From assembly GCA_905178155.1 (NCBI GenBank), contig CAJINV010000002.1, positions 5,017,709-5,081,708 on the forward strand: a DNA stretch of 64,000 nucleotides, read 5' to 3'. The notes under the pieces are model-generated. The model ran no database searches, was not told where the DNA came from, and was given only the letters and a program-made list of their open reading frames with translations. Below, one piece after another: positions 49,400 through 60,800 of this stretch; position 1 is the first letter of the stretch; every line of letters starts with the position of its first letter. This stretch comes from Amoebophrya sp. A120. Lineage: Eukaryota > Protista > Dinoflagellata. The translations under genes and the position numbers were made by a program.

Positions 49400-51900
49400 A
49401 GTACTAGGCGGGAGTTAGAAGATGCGGTCGCAGAATTCCGCCGAGGGATAAGAGCGGAGCAAGCAGCTCCGCCGCCTCGCCCCAGGAATTCCGGCGAGGT
49501 GGATAAGGCACCCAAGGACGAAAGCCGCCGCCTTTGCATGTGCGCGCTGACTGCTCCCGGGCGCTCGCTGGCGCTTTGGCCAAATGCGGGCGCACCGGAG
49601 CCGGCCGCGCTGCCCCTTGCGCGTGCTGGGCGGGGCCTCCGGCCGCTGCGTGTGTGGCTGTGGGGCACTGCCGGCAAAAGAAGCCGCGGGCCGCGAGCAG
49701 GAAGCCTGCGGCGGGGGCTTTTCAGGTCGACAAGCTCGCCGGCGTCGAGCGCCGCGCCCTTATACCGCCAGACGCCCAGCAAGCCCGTCAATTTCCGCCG
49801 TCGCGCCACCCTTTCCCGCGCCCCCGCGAGCAGGGCCCTTGGCGTGGTTTCATCGGTGCAGCGCACAGGGCCCGGAGCAAAGGGCCCCAGCGGAAAAGGG
49901 CCCCGCGCTGCGCCGTCGGCCTTCCTTTGTAGGACCCTGGCCATCCGTAAGGCGCACTCGAAATGAGCCGGGCCGCTGCTTTTGCTTCGGTGCCAGCGTT
50001 CGGCGTGCTGCGTGATTTGAATCGGCTGGCAGGCAAGATCAAGAGGCGGCCCGCGCGCGTTTTACCGCCGCCGTTCTATGCCCGCGCTGATCAGGCCGGC
50101 AGGCGATCACGCCGCCGGCCCGAGGAATCTATCAGGCCCGGCCCGGGGAGAGGAAGGGCGTTTGCTCCATAATGCAGGCCGGAAATGTGTACAGAAGGCC
50201 GCTGACGATTTTAAGCGCACCAAGGGCCACGGGATAGCGAGGCGCGCGCCCTTCCCTGCTGTGGTGGACATGATGCGCGCAGGCAGAATGGGGGAGGCGC
50301 TCCAGCTGCCCGCGGCGATCAAGCGGGAAAAGTGGAGCAGCCACGCCCAAAGTTACAAGCTGGATAGAGAGCAGACCTGCCGGCTGGGCTCCGCGCACTT
50401 CGAAACAAAGGGCGGGCGTTGGCAGACGAACGCGCCAAAGCCCTACGCGCATGCCTATCCCGCGCTTCGGCTCCGGCCCCCCCCCCTACACGCTCCAAGA
50501 AAAAGCAGAAGGGTTCGCGGCGTGCTACGAAGCCAGGGGGCGCGACAATGAAGAGAAAAAGCCCGGCGGGCCGGAGGCCTAATGCAGCCGGCAAACCCTC
50601 TCCGATGATCACGGAATTCCCGGCAAGACAATTCTGGCAAGGGGAACAAAGGCTGGAAGTAGTACAAGAGAAGGGCGACCTGTGCCGGCTTGGAAAGCAG
50701 TCCGCTGCTGGCGCGTCTGGGGTGGCGGTAGTACTGGGAGGACAGAAGACCGGGACGGCCGCGATCGAGCTCGCCGCAAAACTCTCTGACTTTTTGAACA
50801 AGCAGGCGACTTTTATCGCTTAGGATGGTGGCGAGTTGGACGGGCTGGCCGATCGCGTCCGTACTGTTTGCAAAATGGGAGCGAAAGGCATGGGCAAGGA
50901 GATGGAAGCCTGGCGCGAAGAGGTGGGCCGCTTCGCGTTTGGTCCCCCCAGCGCGAGCGCGACCGGCTCGGGGACTTCCTGGCGCAATTTGGGGGAAGGC
51001 TTTCCCTCTCCCCGGCCCGGAGGAAAAAAAAAGCGGCCCGATCCGCTGATGGCGGGCCCGGCGCGACAGCAAAGGGCCGCCGCGCTGGGGACGGCTCGCG
51101 GCACTCCGGGCGTGCCGGCGTTGCAGCCTTCGGCGCAGCAGCTTCGCCTCCAAGCGGACCGGGCCGGCTTCGTGATCAAAAAGAGAAAACGAAGAAAAGG
51201 AAAAAGGAGCGCCACTGCCACGCGCAGTAGATGCGCTCTCTATAGTTTGTTTCTGACTCGTTGCAGCTGCCCGCCTCTATTTGGGAAGACGTTTGCGCTT
51301 TGCCGGGGACTTTGCCTCGGTGGGAGAAGTAGACGCGTAGAAGAGTAGGGGCGTCTTGAGAGGCAGCCGACGCGCTCGGCGTGAAGCGCCTGCCTCGGGG
51401 CGTGCGAACACAGTGCGGGAATCCGCGAAAGCCCGAAGACGTCACGCGCCCCCGACGGGAACGGCAAGAAGGGCAAGCGGGCCCGCGTTATCCCGCTGCA
51501 CTTCAGGCCGGCGGGCGATGCCCATGCGGGTTCAGCAGGTTGGAGGAATATTGCGAGGCCCGCCGATTTTTTAGACAGGCAGGCGCCCGCCCGGCAGAGC
51601 CTCGGGAACTTGGCTAGGCGGTCGCGGCTTTTCCCGGCTGTGCCCGGCGCGAAACTTAGCCGGGCCCCGCCGGCATGCATTTTCCCCGGCCCGCGGGGCC
51701 GCCCCGTGCGCCGGTCAGTAAGCCAGGGCACCGGCGCAGCGCGCGGGCCAAGGGCCCGGGCCGCCGGCGCTACCCCCGCGCCCCGGCGCGCGGGGATGGC
51801 GGCAGCCGGGGCCCCGCTGCCCGTTTGGTGTCGGCGATGCGCCGGCATCGATCGCTTTCCCAAGTAGGCCTTGGCCCATAGAGGCACACAGCCGCAGGAT
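49400..51900. other. GC-rich intergenic island with fragmentary protein-like frames
   Basis: High GC; consecutive plus-strand frames at 50078, 50419 and 50836 contain patches of normal protein composition. Confidence 0.5.
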
Positions 51901-52333
51901 TAAGCTTTCTTTTCTGCTGAAGTGTAGCGCGTGAAGCTGGTACAGGCTGCAGGCGCAAGACTATTTTCGTCAGCGCTGTTGATCAAAGAAAAGCATGCGA
52001 CCGCCCAGACAAACGGTCCATCTGGTGTTGGTGTTCTCTGATCATGGACCAAGCCTTGACGTTCCAGAAATTGGATCAAGTGCCCATCAGTGCGATCTTT
52101 GTAAATGGAATCCTATTCGTGCCTCCGTTCTTGACAGTAACTTGCTCGGTACCCACCCGGAGCCGCTTCAAAAACTTCTGCGTCCATACTCATTCGGCAG
52201 AGCCAGCAATCTGTTATTTCATTTCTCATCTTTCCTCGTTTTTACTTCTCTCCCGACTGCTCCTTCTACCTAGACTGTTAATACCAGCACTACACCGATA
52301 GTAAGTACGCTAGTTGTGCTTCTTCTCGCCAGA

Positions 52334-54251
52334 ATGATCGACATCGCGTTCAATATCACGGACGAGGCGTTTCACGGTCGCGGCAAGTACGACCCGGATC
52401 TGGATCTAGTTATCCAGCGGGCGGTCGAGGCGGATGTGGAAGCCTTCGTGATATGCGGGGGCAACAACGAGGACTGCAAGAAGTCGTTGGAAATTTGTGC
52501 CCAGTACGACCCGATTATTGGAACAACAAATGAAGCTGCAAATGGGTGTGCGCCGGACGAAAGCCCGAACGGCACAGAAATTTTACCTTCATCGAGGAGG
52601 AAAAATCTGAAACTGTTCCAAACTATCGGGATCCACCCGACCCGGTGCAGCGACTTCGACCCGGAGGTGCATTTGGCAGAGTTGCGGCAACTGATCGAGC
52701 AGAACCGGGAGCGCGTGGTCGCCTGGGGGGAGTTCGGCCTGGACTACGACCGGCTGCACTTTTGCGACAAGGAAAAGCAGCAATTTGGGTTTAGAATGCA
52801 GGTCAGATGCGCTTTGAGCATGACACCAGAGAAGTTTTTCCCGCCAGTAGCCTCTTCCCAGAACAAGGAGGCGGACCACGATCAGAAGACTATAATAAAC
52901 TCAGGCGAGGACCACGCGTATGCTGATGATCATTATCTCCCCATACCTTTTTACCTCCATTGCCGAGGGGAGGGTTGCTGGCCCGACCTTGTGGAGATTC
53001 TTGAAGAGGAGAAAAAAGTCTTCGCCAAGGAGAGAACCACGACGATCAATAAAGCGCTCGAAGATAGTACTAGTGGAGGCACATCAACAACATCATGCAC
53101 AGCACCAGACTCGATCTCACCTTCTCCATTGGTAACGCTCACCGGCGTGGTCCACTCGTTCACGGGGTCCCTCGCGGAAATGCGGGAGATTGTCGATTCC
53201 GGTTTCGTATGCATTGCAAATATGTCTGGGTCTGGAAAGATGCGAACTTGTGATGCGCACTTCACATCACACAAAAATCTGTCATGCATGGAAGCCAAAA
53301 GTTCCACCGTTCTGGCCACCGAAAGAAGGGCCTTGTCATGCGGATTACGCATTGAGAGACCTTCTCAAAACCTGTGATCCTAGGCCGTGCATGGTAGTTC
53401 TTCTGGGTGATGCCGAAGGTGCATCACAAACCGCTGCATCCTTCCTGACCCAGACATTTTTGCGTTTGATATTTCGAAATCGGCATCAACGGGTGCTCCC
53501 TGAAGACGGAAGATAATTTATTACAATGAAAAATAATGCCCCCACTCCCGAACTTGGGAGCATTTGTATTGCAAACCTATCCAAATGAAACATTCGCTCT
53601 CTTGCATCTATCAGCATCACAGGTTTCCAATCGTGAATAGCAAAAATTTGTATTGCAAAAGACCCCAGCAAGAGCGGCGCTTGTCATGCAAGCAATGCGA
53701 TACACCTACACGCCTAGACTGTGCATCAGAAAGATTCATATTCCTTTCATGCATGACAAAAATTTTTCATTTGGAAAGTTCGCATCACAAACTTCTGCAA
53801 TTTCATGGGTGGGGGGCACTTTTCACGGTAATAGAATTGCGCGGTTGTCAAGGAGATCCCCCTGCAGAAGCTACACCTGGAAACGGACTGCCCCTACTGC
53901 GACATCCGCCCGACACACTTTTCGCACCAGTTTTTGCAGAAGTTGATGAGTACTAGCAGCAAAAGTACGTCTAAATCTTCACAACCAGGAAGAACTGCAG
54001 GTCCTACGAACGAGCAAGAAATAGTTTTGGCAGGCGAGAAAGAAGATGAAAATTTGACGAAAGCGCGGCAAGTTTTGGAGTCTTTTCCAGTCTCGAAAAA
54101 GAAACTGGAACGCGGCATGATGCTCAAGTCCAGAAATGAGCCGTGCCGGATGATCGAAGTTGCCGAGGTCATCGCCGGGCTGAAGGGAATATCATCGCGA
54201 AATGTCGTAGAACAGTGCACAAAAAATTCAAAGCGACTCTTCAGAATTTGA
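52334..54251 (+). CDS. TATDN1: TatD-family DNase (TATDN1-like), 3 exons
   Basis: MIDIAFNITD, TIGIHPT, AWGEFGLDYDRLHFC, LHCR, GVVHSFTGS; after splicing GF|EIGINGCSLKTEDN|CAVVKEIPLQKLHLETDCPYCDIRPTH; later RNEPC. Confidence 0.95.
53208..53471. mobile_element. Introner F1
   Basis: TIR; TSD TTTCG. Confidence 0.93.
53519..53833. mobile_element. Introner F10
   Basis: TIR; TSD TAATT/GAATT. Confidence 0.93.
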
Positions 54252-54887
54252 CACGTCGATTCAAGATCATGAAAAAGGTATGCTATACCTATATAGGCAC
54301 TCTGAGAAGTAGTTTTTCTTTTTCCACCGCCCTTGATCTTGCGGTGTGGCGACATCTATCATCAGGAACGACAATCGACCATGATAACGCGACACGTTCG
54401 ATGTTCTTGGTGTTTTTTTTTTCATCTTCACCCCGAAGAATGAGAGCATGCTGATCTCGCTATGCGTTCGTAAAGTGATCGAAGAAGGAGTTGATGAGAG
54501 GGGCTTCGAGCGGCTTGAGGAGATGTGTTTTTCTTCGCTCGTCTATGAGATAGAACTACAGATGAGTGCAGTTTTATCGCTTGCATCTTCAAAAGATCTC
54601 TTTCGTTCTGGGGGCCGTTTTCGTTGTCGATTAGCGTGAAGATGATCTCGCGGTGCTTGCCACCGGAGTTTAATACATAGTAGGAGCGCTGTGATGAGTA
54701 CATACTGGTACTAAAAATCGTATCTGAAATTATGTTGAATCGCACCCAACATCGTCACATCTCTGTCGTGACCTCGTAGTTATTTTCGGAACTGACGTGT
54801 TGAATTACTGCCAATCTGTACAAAACCAACCTTAGTTTGTGGTCCGGTACAAGCGATCAGAACGAGTGAAGATTTAGAGCAGCGTCC

Positions 54888-57800
54888 ATGGCGTCCTCGA
54901 GCAGCGGCTCGTCCGCGATCCGCGTCCGGCGGGCGGTATCAGCTGCAAATATGTCTGGGTCTGGAAAGTTGGAGCTTGTTATGCTAACTTTGCACTCTGG
55001 AAAAATGTGTATTGCATGACCAGCAAGATGAGTCCAGTTTGTGCTACGCGGGGAGGCCATTTGTCATGCGGAATAGGCGTCAAGAAGTACTCAGAAAATA
55101 TGTGATGCTAGAGAATACATCACAGACGTCACGGGTCATGTAAAATCTGCATGACAAGTTGCAATCTTCCAGACCCAGACATATTTGCAATCCATAGGGA
55201 GACGCGGTCCACGACCAGGATGCGCTGCTCGCGTTACGGGAGGAGGTTGCCACGGGGAAGTCGCTGTCCACGACCACGTTGCAATCCTCGAAGGAGCTGT
55301 TGTACGTGCTGGACACCCAGTTTCTGTCGCTTGTCGTCCTCGAGGACGAAAAGATCGTCGCCTATGTGGCGTTGGAAGCCTGTCCGGGTGTGAACGCCTA
55401 CAAAGTCCGCGACATGGTGTCCGCGGACTTGTGGCTGTCCCGGGTAAAACCCTATCAAATGTAAAAATGTCTGGATCTGGAAGAATGCAACCTGTCATGG
55501 TAAATCTGAAGCATGCAAAAATCTGTGTTGCGTGATTACCAAAAGCCGTTCCGTTTTGAGCAAGTCGGGAGGGAGTTTCTCATGCAGGATGGGCATTAGA
55601 GAGATCGCGCAGAATCTGTCATGCTAGGTCCTGCATTCCAGACCTCATGGGTCATGGAAAAGCTGCATGACAAATCGCGCACTCTTCCAGACCCAGACAT
55701 GTTTGCATTTGATAAACCCACGGAAAAACATCAAAATTACTCCCTGGGAAACAGTTTGTGGCTCAATGACCACATCAACCTAACAACCGAGTACGTGAAG
55801 CAAGTCTGCACCTTCGTCTTTTCACAACCAAGGATGTGCGTCGAATACTTGTTTGCGGTATAATAGATAGAACTGACGAGTGAGAAACATGCATTTACAA
55901 GAAGTATTAAGTGCAGCTTCATCCTTTATTTTCTTTGTAGAAGAAAAATAAGTGAAAATGCACCGCATCAGAAATAACAATAAGAATCCTGTTTAGCCGA
56001 CGTTATTTTCGATGGTGTTTTTTCATGCATGTGAAAAAATCGCTAAAAATTCATTTTTCAATGATCGATCATACAAAAACAAGAAGCTTGGACGATCACA
56101 CAATTGCTAGGTGGAGCGCAAGTCCCAAGCCGCGCACCTTTTTTCCGAGGACGGGAACTATTTCACTCCGGTGCCGTATGGATGTGTCAGGATCGAAATT
56201 GACAAAGTTGAAACGATTTGCCATGCATAAAATGCAGCCCACAAAGTGCCTGTCATGCAGAGTAGGCAAGTGAGGCAGACTGTAAGCGTGTTGAGGGGTA
56301 GAAACTGAGCTGCTAAAGCAGCATGACAGAAAGCGTCTTCCTTACCCAAACAGCATGACAAACTGGATTTCGGTTCTACTCAGATTTGTCATGCGCCACT
56401 TGGAAACTGGGTTACAACGCAATTGGCATCCGTTTTATGCATGGCAAATCATTATTTCAACTTTGTCGATTTCGATCCTGACGCTCCCATATGCCGAGCG
56501 CCGACCAGGTGGCCACGTGGGTGAACCGGGCGTATAGGTCTGCGGACTGCGTGAAGGTACTGACCACGGAGAAGAAAAAGTATATCCAGCCACTAAAAAT
56601 CCGCATGGCGAAGGGAGAAGACCACGATAGTCTGGTCGTAGGCATCGCAAAGATGTCTGGGTGGTCTAGAAACCTGTGATGCTGCGTGCTGGCGATGATT
56701 GAGGATGAGCACTCCTGAGTGAATGCGAGCAGGAAGAATTTTTGGGACGGCGCTCCGTCATTCTCAGTGTGCATGTAGAAACTGCGTTTCATTTGTATGT
56801 CAAAAGAGCTCGCGTCATCTGCGTTGGTCATACGGGATGAATGTAAGCCAAGCCACATTTATTTTCCAGACCCAAAGATATTTGCCTTTGATACACCGCG
56901 GTCTTTAACCAACAATCGGAGGTGGTAACCGAGGTATACGGCGATTTCTTTTATCAAATGTAAAAATGTCTGGGTCTGGAAGAATGCAACTTGTGATGCT
57001 GCGTCTGCATTATCTAAAAATCTGTATTGCATGAACAGCAAAAGAGGTCTGGTTTTGGCCACGGCGAGAGGGCATTTCTCATCAGGAGTCGGCGAGAGAG
57101 CAGGCATCAGGAGTCATGAAAAATGTGCATGACAAACCTTGCATCCTTCCAGACACGGACACTTTTACACTTGATATCTTTTTGGCCGAGCTGATGGAGG
57201 CCCAGAACGAGGAGAACAAAGCCATCGTCGTATCAAAAGGAAAAATCTCCCCTCCCCATATCAAAACGAAATTTCTGATGCTGGATTTGAGTACACAAAT
57301 CAGCTTTCTATTGCAGGAAAGCATCGCAGTCAGGTCCCCAGGCTAGGTAGGGGCGTACGCGTCTAGTTGTTCAGCATGGCAAGCGGCTCCCCTTTAGGCC
57401 CAACAGCATGACAAATCGCTTCCATAATGGGGCGGAATCTTCTGCCCTTGCCTTCTTGCAAAATAAATGTGATGTGTGGCCTCAAATCAGCAACAGAAAT
57501 TTTCGGAAACACGCCTTTTCAATGTGGGGAGGAGGGATTTTTCCTCTCAATACGTCGCCGAGTCCGACGAAACCGGGCGGGCGGTGGGGCTGTGCTGCCT
57601 CACCTGCGACTATGCAATGTAAATTTCCTGTACATGTACAAAATGCATGACAAATTTCGCTACCTTGCATAGTCCAACTTGTCATGCTGGACTACGATTG
57701 AAGGCAAGTTTTGTCATGCAGAGACGGCATTTGTACGTGTACGGGAAATTTACTGTGGATAGCGACGTGGACGCCAACGTACTGGCGCAGTGCTTTGAGT

Positions 57801-60800
57801 TGTTATGGAATGCAAATATCATGTCTGGGTCTAGAAACTTGTAATGCTGATTTGTTAATAGTGAATTCTCTGCAATGCAAAGCCAAGCATGAGAAGTATT
57901 TGATTTGCGCTGCCTAGTGCTGCGGTTTCCGCATGACAAACTGCGTTTCGCATGACAAGAAAAAGGGTCTCTTCTCAGACACGCATGACAAACTCTTCAG
58001 TCATGCCAGACAAGCATGACAGACCTTGCGTCCTTTCAGACCCAGACATATAATTTGCAACGCATAGTTGTTGCCCTACGACAATTTGTTGAAGAGGAAA
58101 TACTGGTCCAAGGTAAAAGCGCAAATGGAAAAGGAACGGGCAGCGGCCGGGGAGGACGAAAGTTTCTGTCGAGGTAATTATGAATGTGTCGGCGAAGTTC
58201 TTCTGTGATATGCGCTATTTTAGTACTGGCGGTAGAAGTTCTTGTGCAGTTTGTTATCTTTATTTCTCCTCATGCTCAGCAAGAAGTTGAAGTTGAAGTG
58301 CGTATGCGTACGCTTTGACGTTACAACTCGTCAGCGGCAGTAAGTCATACGAAGATCTTACCGACATTCATTATCAGGTGACTACCTCCAGGCGGCCCTG
58401 CAGGGTATGGAGCTGGAGATGTTTGTGAGTAACTTAATTCTGCTTCAAACCGAAGACCACGAAGAACCCGAGGGCGTAACCGCGATGCAGTTGCTGAACG
58501 CGTTGCGCACGCAAGAGTACGGAGACAAGTACACGCGAGCCGACATCGACATCGCCGAGTCGATCATGATATCCTGTGCAAAAGTATCGTGCTCGTACTA
58601 ATCGCATTCATGCAATGCAAATTTCTTTCTCAAGTTAAATCCGCACTACAAATTTTCTTTCTCATGCTGACGAGAGTTGTCATGCGATTTATACTAGTAC
58701 GATACTTTTGCAATTCATACACGATCGGAATTTGGCACCAGATGTGGTGGACTCCGCGCATCGAATATGACCTGCTCAAACGTTGCAATCTCAAACGTTG
58801 CAATAGAGTCTGGGATTTGTCTTGCATGATGAGCATGACAGACTCGCAGAGCGTTCCACTTTCTGCAATACAAATTATGCCAGATTATAGCGCGGTTTGG
58901 AGCTCCGAAACTTGTCATGCGCAATCCTGTGGCAAGAGGCTAGATCATACACTTCTTGCATCACAGATTTCCATACTCTATTGCAACGTTTGAGATTGTA
59001 ACATCTGAGCAGGTTATATCGAAGCGAACACGTTTCTGCGGTTTGAGGAGCTACACCGACTGGCCAGAAGAATGAAGAAATACGGTAAAAAGAGAACAAA
59101 CTCAGGGTCGTCTTTTGTACCAAGACTGCGATTTTTCCTTGAAGTAGATGTCGTGCATTATAAATTTAGTACCAAGTAGACGCGTGGTTGCTCCTCGTCC
59201 TCGGGACTAAAAGCCAAGTTGTTGATTCCCCGTGGCGCTTGCTCATTCTTGCACCACAAAAATAAAAGGCAACAATCGTGAATCAACAATTTTGCCAAAA
59301 TTCTCACCATTAACAGACATCGGCGCCCGGCGGGCCATAGCTCAGAACATCCTCGACAAGTGGGATAAAATGTACGAGACCTTCTGGGTCGTAAAAGAAG
59401 CCGCGGACCAGTCGGAATCCGAAAAGCGTATCCTGAGTAAAAAGCAACCTACAACCTCCAGTCGTGAGTCCTCGTCATGCAAGTTTGCACAATACAAGCA
59501 GAGTACAACGACCCAGCTTAACAAGCTGAGCTGCAGTTCCCCACGACAGTCTTTTTGCGACTGCGTTTGGAAAGTCGTCTTAGAAATATATTTGTCCTGC
59601 TTGAAGTTTTTCAACTAGGAAAAAAAAGCCGAGTTTTGCGACTGTTACACCAGCTGAGCACGACCACACTACGTGTTGTCGAGGGGATTTGTCATGCGGA
59701 GTTTCTAAAACCACCTCTGGAATGATCAAAATCTCGACTAGAGGGTTCGGAGGTCGTTGTTGTGTTTAGACAGGATAAAGCGAGACTTGGAGTCCATCGA
59801 CAAGAAGAAGCGGGCAAAGGTATCCTGAGTAAAAACGTACCCACACCAGAGTTGTAATGCAGATTTGCAAAGACAGGAAGACTTGTAATGTGCATCCCCA
59901 TGAGTGCCATTTCCAATCGTGTTTTGGAATTTGTGATGCTGTGAACAGGATGAGCAGATGAATCTGTGACGCGGCTGAACTTGCTAACCTGCACTACACT
60001 GCATAGTGCAACTTGTCATGCGTGACTCACAAAACTCCTAGGTTTGTGTTGCAAAATCCCCATCTGGACTCTGGTGTGGGTACGTTTTTACTCAGGATAA
60101 AAGGAGGGCGACGGCGACGTGAGCCCGATATGCATCGCAAGAGAAACTGTTTTTTCCATACTGTCAGAGGACGCACTTCTTGCATGAGTGATAACTTTCT
60201 GCCAGCGCAATTTGATGAAAAAGTGACGGCGCAGCTGCAACAGGACAATTATCGGGTAGTACCACGCTGCGAACAAAGTTCTTTTCCTGCAAGAACAAAA
60301 AGCATGTTATGTACTCAGTTGCCCGTAGCTACAGTATTATCGTTGTGCCTAGGCGATGCTTATTTTGTACGGGATATCCGATGCAGGGGAGTAACGACTT
60401 GGACAGCTACGACATCAATGTACCAAGGGCAGAACGAGGAATTGTGCCGAGGGTAAGCATTTAAATCTGAGTGGTGTCATTTTTGCATGGCAACTACTTA
60501 GTTCTGTGAAAAATTTCAGCACCATGTTGACGCGAAAGCATATGTAATACGGAAGTACAGCCAGCAAAAAAAAGACATGTTCACGACAGGTAACGTTTGG
60601 TAAATTACTCTACCACCTGACTACTTCGCTCGAGGACGCGCAGAAGGACCAGCGACGGGCTTCGATCATGAAAAAGGGGAGTAAAGACAGCAAGAAAAAG
60701 AACCAAGACTACCAGGAGCTCCTGGACCCAAAAAATATCGAGAACATGGACGAGAAAACACCACCGCTGCTGACGCGCGAAGAGGCAACAGACTTGCTCT

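Noticed and set aside
250-57176. Recurring peptides such as SNVKMSGSGR, FQTQTFLHLI and IKCKNVWVWK in many ORFs, suggesting a shared protein domain
   Set aside because: They are translations of the F1 TIR read through from exons, not protein.
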